From a bacterium (GTDB lineage: Bacteria; RBG-13-61-14; DATKZS01), in NCBI GenBank assembly GCA_963674965.2, contig CAXXFL010000005.1, forward strand, positions 1 through 64,000: 64,000 bases of DNA. Reading direction: 5' to 3'. Below the pieces are notes generated by a model. It saw only the letters and a list, made by a program, of their open reading frames with translations. It did no database searches and was not told the DNA's origin. This document shows positions 7,489 through 16,809 of this stretch, one piece after another (positions within the stretch are counted from its first letter, which is position 1; every line of letters begins with the position of its first letter). Both the position numbers and the translations under genes were made by a program.

Positions 7489-9617
7489 CTTTTTTCCTCC
7501 TCGGCCAGGCCCCTCTCGCTTTTCACCGCCGATAGTATCCCCCGATGGTCCACCAGGTCCTCGAGGACGTAGTACTTGGCGTTAAGAGACTCGGCCAGCT
7601 TCTTGCTCCTTCCAAAACTGCCCAGGCGCTTTTCCTCCGCGTCGATCACGATGGACTTCAGCCTGTCCTCGGCCTCGAGCAGCTCGCATATCTTGTAAAT
7701 CTCGCGGTATATCTCGCCGAACTGGGGACCGTCATAATACTTTTCCCGGTCCAGTCCCACGTTGGCCCTTCCGTCGGTGATGACCACCATGAGGGGAAGC
7801 AGGGTGGGGTCCTGCCTGAGCTGGCTCCGAATAAGCTGATACGTCACCAACAGCCCCCTGCCCAGGGGCGTCTTGCCGCCGGTGGGAAGTTCCTCGAGCA
7901 TCTTCTTGGCTATCTCGATCGAGTTGGTCGGGGGCAGAAGCACGTCCGCGTCGCTGGCCTTGAAGGCGATGAGCCCCACCTTGTCTCTTTTCTGGTAAGC
8001 CTCCATAAGGAGGGCGAGGATGGCGCCCTTGGTCTCGGTCATGAGCCTGGTCCCCATCGAGCCGGAGGCGTCCACGACGAAGAGGAGAAGGTTCGAGGTT
8101 TTCTTCTGCCTGATTTTCTCCCTGATGTCGGGTTCCTTGATCTTCACGGCCAGTCCGACGTCGGGCCTTTGTTTCTGGAAGGGCGCGGCGGCCCGGAGGG
8201 TGGCGTCGAAGGCCAGGTCGTTATTTTTTCTCACGGAGGTGGCCTTGACGTACCTTCCCGTTTTATTGTTGGTGGTGGTAAGGGTCCTTCTCCCGCCGGA
8301 GGACCGGTTAAGCGAGTCCCTGGCGAACCTTACGTCCTGGGTGGGAACGCTTAAGGGGTCGCCGATCTTGAAGACCTGCTCCTGGTATCCGCCCGGGTCG
8401 GGCCCGGCCTTTTCGGTCGAGTTCCCCGGGTTGGGACTGGGCTCGGGCGCGGCGGTGTTTTTGCCGTCCGCCGATTGCGTGCCCTCGGCGGCCTCGGACT
8501 CCTTGTCCTCCATCTCCCCGTCGGAGCTCGAGTCCTGGTCGCCCTCCTGGGGGCCTTCCTCCTCGTTTTGCGGCTTGTCCTCCCTCGAGTCCCGGTCATC
8601 CTCCCGCCGGTCCGGCTCCTGAAAGTCGCGGGCGCGGTGAGGAAGAACCAGCTCGGCCGCCTCATGCACGTCCTCGGGCGCGACCTCCTCCCGGCCGGCG
8701 AAGGCCGCGATGGAGCGGGCGGCCTTCTCCATGATGATGTCGGCGCGGTGGCCCGCCACCCGGTGGGCGTGGCAGATCACGCTGATGAGCTTTATCAGCC
8801 GGTCATCAATCTCGACGCGGCTCAGCGTTTTTCTGGCCTTGACGATCAGGTCCCGAAGCAGGGCCTCCTCCTCGGCCCAGTCGGCCAGATAAAGCCGGGG
8901 AGAGGCGTCGAAGCTTTCCCTCCTCTTGGCCACCTCGACCCTCATGGCGGGGTCGTGGATGCCCTCGATGGACACCACGAAGCCGAACCGGTCGAGAAGT
9001 TGAGGACGGATGTCCCCCTCCTCCGGGTTCATGGTGGCGATGAGCATATACCGCGCCGGGTGCACGTGGCTGACCGACTCTCGCTCGACGATGTTGACGC
9101 CGGTCACGGCGGTATCGAGAAGGATGTCCACCAGATGGTCGGCCAAAAGGTTGACCTCATCGATGTAGATGATGCCCCGGTTGGCCTCGGCCAGTATGCC
9201 CGGAAGAAATTTTTTCCTGCCCGTCAGGATGGCGTGCTCGAAGTCTATCGAGCCGACCAGCCGGTCCTCGGTGGCGTTAAGGGGAAGGTCAACCACCCGG
9301 ACGGGGCTCGTGACCGCGGGCAGTTCCTCGCCGGCGTCCAGCCGCTCGAGGCACTCGTGACACATGAAGAACGGGTCGTCCGGATCGCAGTGATAGGGGC
9401 AGTCGGCCACCTCTTTTTGCTCGGGCAAAAGGCCGGCAAGTCCCCTTACGGCCGTGCTTTTGGCGGTGCCCTTGTCCCCCCTGATGAGGACGCCCGAGAG
9501 GAAGGGGTTTATGGCCGTCAGGACGAGTGACTTCTTAAGAAGGTCCTGTCCGACCAGCGCGGTAAAGGGAAACACCGGCGGCCGGTATCTTTTCCTGGGC
9601 TTGGCGAGAGCGGACAT
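7485..9617 (-). CDS. chlD: Mg/Co-chelatase D-type subunit (AAA+, acidic linker, vWA)
   Basis: FPFTALVGQ, GDKGTAKST, YIDEVNLL, ATMNPEEG, acidic/Pro linker, MIDAS DASGS, GGKTPL, ITDGRAN. Confidence 0.9.
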   Translation of the reverse strand: MSALAKPRKRYRPPVFPFTALVGQDLLKKSLVLTAINPFLSGVLIRGDKGTAKSTAVRGLAGLLPEQKEVADCPYHCDPDDPFFMCHECLERLDAGEELPAVTSPVRVVDLPLNATEDRLVGSIDFEHAILTGRKKFLPGILAEANRGIIYIDEVNLLADHLVDILLDTAVTGVNIVERESVSHVHPARYMLIATMNPEEGDIRPQLLDRFGFVVSIEGIHDPAMRVEVAKRRESFDASPRLYLADWAEEEALLRDLIVKARKTLSRVEIDDRLIKLISVICHAHRVAGHRADIIMEKAARSIAAFAGREEVAPEDVHEAAELVLPHRARDFQEPDRREDDRDSREDKPQNEEEGPQEGDQDSSSDGEMEDKESEAAEGTQSADGKNTAAPEPSPNPGNSTEKAGPDPGGYQEQVFKIGDPLSVPTQDVRFARDSLNRSSGGRRTLTTTNNKTGRYVKATSVRKNNDLAFDATLRAAAPFQKQRPDVGLAVKIKEPDIREKIRQKKTSNLLLFVVDASGSMGTRLMTETKGAILALLMEAYQKRDKVGLIAFKASDADVLLPPTNSIEIAKKMLEELPTGGKTPLGRGLLVTYQLIRSQLRQDPTLLPLMVVITDGRANVGLDREKYYDGPQFGEIYREIYKICELLEAEDRLKSIVIDAEEKRLGSFGRSKKLAESLNAKYYVLEDLVDHRGILSAVKSERGLAEEEKR

Positions 9618-9624
9618 GACGGTA

Positions 9625-10680
9625 TCAGTATCTTGACTGGGCTTTCCTCGAGGTCCGCTCGTTGAGCAGAGTCTCGACGGATTTGCCGTCCAGGGCCATG
9701 TCCTCGAAGGGCCGGCGCCTCATGCGGTGGGCCAGGGCCAGGTCCACGCAGGCGTCCACGTCCGCGGGATCGACCGCGCTCCGGCCGTTGTAGGCCGCTA
9801 TGGTCTTGGCGGCCTTCATCATGACCAAGTCCGAGCGGTGGCCGTCCACTCCCAGGGCGATGGAGATATTGGCTATCCTGAGGAGTATCTCGTCGGAGAT
9901 GGCTACCTCGGGAAGGAGTTTCTTGGCGTTAACGATTTTTTCGGCGATCTTCTTTTCCTCGCCCGCCCATTTCTCGGCCGTCTTCTCGGGCGACTGCTCG
10001 TACTCGGCCCAGCGCTTGACGATCTCGACCCTGGATTCCTCGTCGTGGATGCCGGTGATGTGAACGCACAGTCCGAACCGGTCCAGAAGCTGGGGCCGAA
10101 GTTCTCCCTCCTCGGGGTTCATGGTCCCCACCAGTATGAACTCGGCCGGGTGGGTGTAGCTCACTCCCTCCCTCTCGACCGTGTTGACGCCCATGGCGGC
10201 CGAGTCGAGAAGAACGTCCACGATGTGGTCGTCAAGGAGGTTGACCTCGTCCACGTAGAGTATTCCCCGGTTGGCATCGGCCAGGACGCCGGGCTCGAAT
10301 TTCTTCTCGCCCTTTTGGATGGCGTGCTCGAGATCGAGCGTGCCCACCACCCGGTCCTCCGTGGCGTTGATGGGAAGGTCAACGACCCGCATCCTCTCCC
10401 GGGCCGCGGGAAGCTCGCCCGTTTCCTCGAGCCTCTCGATACAGTCGGGGCAAAGCTTGGATTTTTCCCTCGGGTCGCAACGAAAAGGGCAACCCTCGAC
10501 CACCTCGATCTCGGGAAGAAGAGCGGCCAGGGCGCGCACGGCCGTGCTTTTGGCCGTTCCCTTCTCGCCCCGGATAAGCACCCCCGAAAGCTTCGGGTTG
10601 ATGGCGTTTAACACGCAACCCAATTTCATTTTATCCTGGCCGACTATGGCCGAAAACGGATACACCTGACGACGCTTCAT
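9625..10680 (-). CDS. chlI: Mg/Co-chelatase I-type AAA+ subunit
   Basis: [56 protein letters not shown]. Confidence 0.92.
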   Translation of the reverse strand: MKRRQVYPFSAIVGQDKMKLGCVLNAINPKLSGVLIRGEKGTAKSTAVRALAALLPEIEVVEGCPFRCDPREKSKLCPDCIERLEETGELPAARERMRVVDLPINATEDRVVGTLDLEHAIQKGEKKFEPGVLADANRGILYVDEVNLLDDHIVDVLLDSAAMGVNTVEREGVSYTHPAEFILVGTMNPEEGELRPQLLDRFGLCVHITGIHDEESRVEIVKRWAEYEQSPEKTAEKWAGEEKKIAEKIVNAKKLLPEVAISDEILLRIANISIALGVDGHRSDLVMMKAAKTIAAYNGRSAVDPADVDACVDLALAHRMRRRPFEDMALDGKSVETLLNERTSRKAQSRY

Positions 10681-10911
10681 TCCACTGCACCTCTATATTT
10701 TATTGGCAAGGAGAAACCGCGTCCCCCCGCCGAAAAGAATGGGGACCAAGGCCCCCGACGATCGCCCCGCCCGCCTCGTGGTCACCCGGTATATCTAGAC
10801 TAATGGATTTTACCGGACAAACAAGGTAAAGGACGTTTTCTTGTGGCTTAAGCGCCCTATCCCCCTTGAGCGCGGCGGTATAATATTAATGCCCCGAGTA
10901 CTCCGTCCGCT

Positions 10912-11382
10912 TTACTGGAAAGGTCCCGTCATGGCGAAGAAGCCCATGATTTTATCGTTGGTTTCCCGAAGCCTTTTGCTCAGGGTTTTCAAAAACGTCC
11001 AAAGCAGCTTGTAGGCCAACTCCTTGTCGCTTGAAAGGAGCTTTTCAAAGTCGGCCTTTTCTATAACCATGACCTCGCTGGCCTTGTTGACTATGGCGTG
11101 GGCCGACCGGGGCTGATCGTCGATGAGGCTCATCTCGCCAAAGTAGGAACCCTTTTTCAAGATGACCAGGGCCTCTTCCCCAATGCCGGGAATCATCTTG
11201 GAAATCCTTATCTCACCCTTCAAGATAAGGTAAAATTTATCGCCCTCGGCGCCTTCCTCGAAAATGACCACGCCGGGCTTGTGGCTCTCTTTTGCCGAGA
11301 TGCCGGTAATTTTTCCCAACTCCTCGGGCGTAAGACCACTGAACAGGTCCGTCTGCCGCAACAGCTCAAGGTCAAGACTCAT
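10912..11382 (-). CDS. Stand-alone cyclic-nucleotide-binding domain protein
   Basis: IFEEGAEGDKFYLILKG, FGEMSLIDDQPRSA phosphate-binding cassette. Confidence 0.92.
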   Translation of the reverse strand: MSLDLELLRQTDLFSGLTPEELGKITGISAKESHKPGVVIFEEGAEGDKFYLILKGEIRISKMIPGIGEEALVILKKGSYFGEMSLIDDQPRSAHAIVNKASEVMVIEKADFEKLLSSDKELAYKLLWTFLKTLSKRLRETNDKIMGFFAMTGPFQ

Positions 11383-11653
11383 CTCGTTCCTCCGAAGAAA
11401 AAAGCGCGCTAAATACGAACTAGAGCCATGATATCAGGATCGGAGGACGGCTACAAGTTGGCGCGTTTAAAATTATTTTTAACCGCCGCGGCCGCTTTGG
11501 TATAAAAAAATCTCCGGGCCGGTTGCGGTTGGATTTTGCTTTTGCTATATTTTGCTTGGCTTGGTCCAATGGCAAGATTCATCGGGCCCGGCTCTAACGG
11601 CGGGATCCAAAAACCGCGACGAATCCCCGCGAAGGGCAAAGGAGGACACGGCT

Positions 11654-12250
11654 TTGGACGCTAATGAAGGACTTAACTGGCTGGAGGGGATATTTCTCAT
11701 GTGCGCTCTCGTGGGGGGCGTGCTGTTTATATTCCGGCTCGTGGTGATGGTCCTCGGGTTCGACCACCACGGGGACATCGACTTTCACGGCGACGTGGAC
11801 GTTTCCGGCGACGTGGACGTTCACGGCGACGTTCACTCGGACTCGGACGTTGGCTTCAAGCTCCTGACCTTCCAGGGCATCACCGCCTTTTTAATGATGT
11901 TCGGCGTGGTCGGTCTTTTTTTGGACATGGGGCTCCGTATCAACGCCATCATATCGATCATGGGGGCCTCGGGCGCGGGCATGGGCATGACCTACCTTCA
12001 GGCCAGGCTCATGCAGGCCATGCTCAAGCTGCAATCGAGCGGGACCCTCAACGTCAAGAACGCCATCGGGGCGGAGGGGACGGTATATCTTACCATCCCG
12101 GCCAATGGAGTCGGCAAGGTCCAGGTATCGGTCCAGGACAGACTGGTCGAGTTCGAGGCGGTCACGGACGACAAGTCCGAGATCAAGACGGGCGAGCAGA
12201 TCAGGGTGGTCTTCATGAAGGGCGACGTTCTGGTGGTCGAGCGGGCTTAA
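11654..12250 (+). CDS. NfeD-like membrane protein (flotillin partner)
   Basis: TTG start after GGAGG; TM helices, His/Asp-rich HGDxDx repeats, C-terminal OB fold IGAEGTVYLTIP...GKVQV. Confidence 0.85.
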   Translation: MDANEGLNWLEGIFLMCALVGGVLFIFRLVVMVLGFDHHGDIDFHGDVDVSGDVDVHGDVHSDSDVGFKLLTFQGITAFLMMFGVVGLFLDMGLRINAIISIMGASGAGMGMTYLQARLMQAMLKLQSSGTLNVKNAIGAEGTVYLTIPANGVGKVQVSVQDRLVEFEAVTDDKSEIKTGEQIRVVFMKGDVLVVERA

Positions 12251-12287
12251 TCGCCTGGAAAAACACGCGACAGGGGGAGGATAAAGA

Positions 12288-14210
12288 ATGGTAATTGGAG
12301 CTGCGTTCGCTTGGGGCCTGGGGGCCGTGGTCTTGCTCGCCATCGTGGGCATTTTGCTGTCACTAATCATCTATCTGGCCACCAGGTATAAACGTTGTCC
12401 CTCGGACATGATCCTGGTCGTCTACGGAAAGGTGGGGGAAGGGCAATCCTCGAACTGCATCCACGGCGGAGGCGCGCTGGTGTGGCCGTTGATTCAGGAC
12501 TATTCCTACATGTCCCTCAACCCCATCACTATAAGCATTCCGCTTCAGAACGCCCTTTCTCTTCAGAACATCAGGATCGACGTTCCCAGCACCTTCACCG
12601 TGGGCATCAGCACCAACCCGAAGATCATGAACAACGCGGCGGAGAGGCTTTTAAACCTTCCTCCCAAGCAGATCGAGGGTATGGCCAAGGAAATCATCTT
12701 CGGACAGCTAAGGCTCACGGTCGCGTCCCTGACCATCGAGCAGATCAACCAGGACCGGGAAAGCTTCCTGGGGGCCATCAGGACCAACGTCGAGCCCGAG
12801 CTTAACAAGATCGGACTCTACCTGATCAACGTCAACATCACGGACATTACCGACGAGTCCAACTATATCCAGAGCATCGGAAAGAAAGCGGCCTCCGAGG
12901 CCATCAACAAGGCCAAGGTCGACGTGGCCGAGCAGGACAAGCTGGGAGCCATCGGCCAGGCCAACGCCAACCGGGAAAGGGAGATACGCGTGGCCGAGGC
13001 GGAGGCCGAGGCGGAAAAGGGCCGCAAGAAGGCCGACGCCGACAAGCGTATTTTCGTCCAGCAAATGGAGACCTCGGCGGCGGTGGGCGAGTCCGACGCG
13101 GACAGGGAAAAGGAGATAAAGGTCGCCGAGAACATCGCCGAGTCGGACAAGGGAAAGAAGCGGGCCGACGCCGACCGCAGAATATACGTTCAGGCCCAGG
13201 AGTCGGAGGCGATCAAGGGCGAGAACGTGGCCAAGGCGGAGATAGCCTCGTCGAACGCGGCCCTCTTCGAGGCCGAGGCCGCGGCGCGGCAGCGCGGAGA
13301 GGTGGCCAAGCGAGCGGCGGAGGCCGAGATTCAAAAGGCCGAGGCCAAATCGGAAATGGAGCGCCTCACGGCCGAGCAGGTGGTCAAACAGGAAATCGAG
13401 AAGAGGAAAATCGAGATCGCGGCGGAGGCCGAGGCCGAGAAAATACGGCGCGAGGCCAAGGGCGACGCCGACGCGATCCTGGTCAAATACCAGGCCGAGG
13501 CCGAGGGTCTCCAGAAAGTCCTCGAGGCCAAGGCCAAGGGATACGAGGGACTGGTGCAAAGCTGCAACGGCGACGCCCGGGCGGCGGCCACCTTCCTCAT
13601 GGTCGAGAAACTCGAGCAGATCGTGGACATGCAGGTCGAGGCCATCAAGAACCTCAAGATCGACAAGGTCACGGTCTGGGACTCGGGAGGAGGAAACGGG
13701 GAAGGTAACTCGACGTCAAATTTTTTCTCGGGCCTCATAAAAAGTCTGCCCCCCCTTCATGAGGTCGCGGCCATGGCGGGGCTCGAGTTGCCGGAGTATC
13801 TGGGACATCTGCAAATCGAGTCCCCCAAGCGGGTCGATCCCCCCGCGAAACCGCCGCAGAAAAAAGGGCCCTCCAGCGGTGGAGGCGGAGGAGGAGAAGG
13901 AGGACCCGCTCCTCACGTCGGAGGGGGAGGCGCCGCGCCTTCCGCCCCGCCGGAAACAAGAGGCGCGTCCTCCCGCCAAGAACCGGCCACTTCATCCATG
14001 AAAGCACCCGAACACAAATCCGAGGAGGCCGGGGCCCAGCCCAGGCCCAAGCAATACACACAAAGGCCTCCCATTAAAACCGAGGCGAGGGTGGGCAAAG
14101 CTCAGGTCCCGCCCTGGATTCAGTCTTCTAAAAAGAAATACGAGGAACAAAAGGCCAAGAACGCTCGCGTGCAAACCGAGGAGGACGTTCCGCCGCTTCC
14201 CAACGCCTGA
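12288..14210 (+). CDS. Flotillin/SPFH domain protein with long low-complexity C-tail
   Basis: RYKRCPSDMILVVYG, SPFH domain, AEAEA coiled-coil repeats, IKNLKIDKVTVWD, SLPPLHE. Confidence 0.93.
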   Translation: MVIGAAFAWGLGAVVLLAIVGILLSLIIYLATRYKRCPSDMILVVYGKVGEGQSSNCIHGGGALVWPLIQDYSYMSLNPITISIPLQNALSLQNIRIDVPSTFTVGISTNPKIMNNAAERLLNLPPKQIEGMAKEIIFGQLRLTVASLTIEQINQDRESFLGAIRTNVEPELNKIGLYLINVNITDITDESNYIQSIGKKAASEAINKAKVDVAEQDKLGAIGQANANREREIRVAEAEAEAEKGRKKADADKRIFVQQMETSAAVGESDADREKEIKVAENIAESDKGKKRADADRRIYVQAQESEAIKGENVAKAEIASSNAALFEAEAAARQRGEVAKRAAEAEIQKAEAKSEMERLTAEQVVKQEIEKRKIEIAAEAEAEKIRREAKGDADAILVKYQAEAEGLQKVLEAKAKGYEGLVQSCNGDARAAATFLMVEKLEQIVDMQVEAIKNLKIDKVTVWDSGGGNGEGNSTSNFFSGLIKSLPPLHEVAAMAGLELPEYLGHLQIESPKRVDPPAKPPQKKGPSSGGGGGGEGGPAPHVGGGGAAPSAPPETRGASSRQEPATSSMKAPEHKSEEAGAQPRPKQYTQRPPIKTEARVGKAQVPPWIQSSKKKYEEQKAKNARVQTEEDVPPLPNA

Positions 14211-14247
14211 CGCCCGCCTCCGGACAATAATCCATGCTGGATAATTT

Positions 14248-14281
14248 TGAACGGTCCCATTTCGGGGCCGTTCATTTTTTC
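14248..14281 (+). terminator. Intrinsic terminator after flotillin
   Basis: TGAACGGTCCC-ATTTC-GGGGCCGTTCA followed by T7. Confidence 0.75.
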
Positions 14282-14462
14282 CCATGGCCATGACTCGCTT
14301 ATTTCCGACAAGCCTCGATACGGGAAAGCGTCGGGTCGCCCTGCCCTTCGGGCGTTTTGACTTTTCCTCCCATGAATTGATATCTTTGAAAACGCCCGGT
14401 GCCAAGCGTAAATAATTGAGGAACTGGCAATCGGCCTTATTAATCAAGTTGGAGTAACCCTG

Positions 14463-15896
14463 ATGAGCGTGAACATCGATCGGAGAAGCTTCGTGGCGGG
14501 AGGGGCCGCTGTTGGAGTGGGCGCGATGGCCCTTCCTCGCGAGGGCGGGGCCAAGACCGGGTTGGCGCCGGCCTATCCCATGCCGGAGGGCCCGGTGACG
14601 CGGGATGATTACCTGGCCCTGAAAGCCAAAACCGAGGAGGTCTACGGCGCGAACCGGGTGACCATTCAAGCGGGCACGTTCCACGTTCCGACCCACGGCA
14701 AGTACTCGTCCCTTTTCGCGTGGGACTCGGGCTGGCACGCCATCGCCATGTCCCGCGTGGACCCGGCCATCGCCGCCTCCGAGATCGACGCCCTCACCAG
14801 CCTCCAGCTCGAGAACGGCCGCGTATCCCACGACACACATTTCCCCGAGCTCGAGGAAAAGGCCAACTGGGTGTCCAAGCTCGGCAGCGCGCTCGGCAAT
14901 AGCCAGTTCGACGAGATGGGCCGCAGCGCCATGATCGACCCGCCCTCCTATGTCATCGCGGCGGAAAGGATATTCGAGGCGAGCGGCGACCGCGAGTGGC
15001 TGGGACGCGTGCTTCCCCGCCTGGAGAGGTGCCTAGATTACCTGGCCGCCGAGAGGGACCTGTTCGGCGACGGCCTGGTCTCGGTCATACATCCCTGGGA
15101 GACGGGCACCGACTCTTCGCCCGCTTACGACGACCTATTAAACCTCGATTTCCGAACGCCCCTGGGCGGCATGGCGCGAGGTCTCAAGTACCCCCGCATG
15201 CTCGATTACAACGCGAGGTTCGGCTGGGACCCCCAGGAGGCCAGGCGCCGCAATAAATTCGTGCTCGAGGACTCGAACTTCAACGCCATCGTCATCCGCG
15301 CCCTTCTCAGCGTGGCCCGGCTCAACGAGGCCATGGGCGACTCGGCCAAGTCCGACGCCTACGCCTCCCGCGCCCGTGACATGGTATCGGCCATGGACCG
15401 TATCAACTGGGTCGAGGAAGCCGGCTGTTATTTCTCGCGCTATGACGCGCAAAACCCCAAGCTGGTCACGCGCACCACCCTGGCGTCCATTATGCCCATC
15501 CTCACGGGTCTGGTGGAGGAGGAAAAAGTCGAGCGCATGATCGCCGAGCACCTGACCAACCCCGACGAGTTCGGCACGGAGTTCGTGGTGTCCTTCAACG
15601 CCAAAGACGAGCTGGCCAAAGAGAAAATATACCTGGAAGACCTGCTATTGTGGCGCGGCCACTGTATCTGGACCAACATGAACTGGATGATCGTGGAGGG
15701 ACTTAACGCCCACGGCAAGACCGACCTGGCCCGTGAGATCACGAGGAGGACGGCCAAGATGATCCTCCATGAAGGCTTCTGGGAGTTCTACGACTTCCGC
15801 AACGGGCAGGGCAAGGGGCAGCCCAACTTCAACTGGCCCGGACTGGTTCTGGACATGATCCACACGACTTGGCCCGAGGCCGCGAGCGAGGCCTGA
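14463..15896 (+). CDS. Tat-exported glycoside hydrolase, GH63/MGH1-like (alpha/alpha)6 barrel
   Basis: DRRSFV twin-arginine signal; FAWDSGWH, HPWETGTDSSP, WRGHCIWTNMNW, FWEFY, FNW motifs. Confidence 0.8.
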   Translation: MSVNIDRRSFVAGGAAVGVGAMALPREGGAKTGLAPAYPMPEGPVTRDDYLALKAKTEEVYGANRVTIQAGTFHVPTHGKYSSLFAWDSGWHAIAMSRVDPAIAASEIDALTSLQLENGRVSHDTHFPELEEKANWVSKLGSALGNSQFDEMGRSAMIDPPSYVIAAERIFEASGDREWLGRVLPRLERCLDYLAAERDLFGDGLVSVIHPWETGTDSSPAYDDLLNLDFRTPLGGMARGLKYPRMLDYNARFGWDPQEARRRNKFVLEDSNFNAIVIRALLSVARLNEAMGDSAKSDAYASRARDMVSAMDRINWVEEAGCYFSRYDAQNPKLVTRTTLASIMPILTGLVEEEKVERMIAEHLTNPDEFGTEFVVSFNAKDELAKEKIYLEDLLLWRGHCIWTNMNWMIVEGLNAHGKTDLAREITRRTAKMILHEGFWEFYDFRNGQGKGQPNFNWPGLVLDMIHTTWPEAASEA

Positions 15897-15906
15897 GGGG
15901 GAGGCT

Positions 15907-16773
15907 ATGAAAAGATTTATTAAGGCGGCCGTCTTTTCCATATTGCTTGTTTCTCTCATGGGCGCCAACGCTCCTCCCCCTCCGGAAGAGTGGGTGGGAA
16001 AGGACCTACAGTTCACGGAAAAGTCCGCCTCCGGCAACTTCACTCCCTTTTGCATGGTGGCAAGAAGAAAAGACCTCAAGGCCTACGACAAGGGCGAATG
16101 GAAAATGCCCAAGGACCTTTTCCTTTTCTCCGAGCTGGCCGATAAAAAGGGGACCGTCATCGACTGCAAGAACGACAAGACCTCGTTCGTCAAGATAGTT
16201 AAAATCCAGTCCCGAGACGATATCATTCTGTGCGAGACCACCCACGGCCGTTCTCTTCCGGACGTTTTTTTCCTGGAGGAACTCGAGCTGGCAAGGAGCA
16301 TGGTGGGCAAGGAGATATACGCTTCCCTTCCCATGGCCAAGCGATATCCGGGGCTGGGCAATTATGAAGCCCTCAAGATCGCAAAGGCTTCCCCCCCGGA
16401 GGGGGCCGTCCTTCGGGAGGACCCGCTGGTCTTTCTGCTGAAAAAGGAAGACGGACAAACCATAACGTGGCAGGGCAAGCTTACTTCCATCAACGTCGAC
16501 GCCGACGCGCCCGACAACCCCGAGTATTTTTTTGAGGTCTGGCTTCAGACCGATCCCCTGGCGGGCAGGGATTGGAACTCGAGGTATCTCCTGGCCATCA
16601 GGGAGGGCAAAGTCATGGCGGGCATGACTCCCGAGATGGTAACCCTGAGCTGGGGTCCCCCGGACGAAACGGTGACGAGCGCGGCGGCGCAGGACAATAC
16701 CGAGAAGTGGGTCTACGGCGAGACCGCGCTTGTCTTTAAAGACGGATCCCTGGCGGGCAGGATCGACAAATAG
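15907..16773 (+). CDS. Exported hypothetical protein with BamE/SmpA-like C-terminal motif
   Basis: Sec signal; GMTPEMVTLSWGPP...EKWVY; GGAGG RBS. Confidence 0.7.
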   Translation: MKRFIKAAVFSILLVSLMGANAPPPPEEWVGKDLQFTEKSASGNFTPFCMVARRKDLKAYDKGEWKMPKDLFLFSELADKKGTVIDCKNDKTSFVKIVKIQSRDDIILCETTHGRSLPDVFFLEELELARSMVGKEIYASLPMAKRYPGLGNYEALKIAKASPPEGAVLREDPLVFLLKKEDGQTITWQGKLTSINVDADAPDNPEYFFEVWLQTDPLAGRDWNSRYLLAIREGKVMAGMTPEMVTLSWGPPDETVTSAAAQDNTEKWVYGETALVFKDGSLAGRIDK

Positions 16774-16809
16774 TCGGCCCGGGACCCGGGGCGCCGCCGC
16801 TTTTTTCTT

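Noticed and set aside
7485-10680. Evidence for photosynthesis
   Set aside because: No chlH/bchH or other pigment genes; chlI/chlD homologues are common in non-phototrophs.
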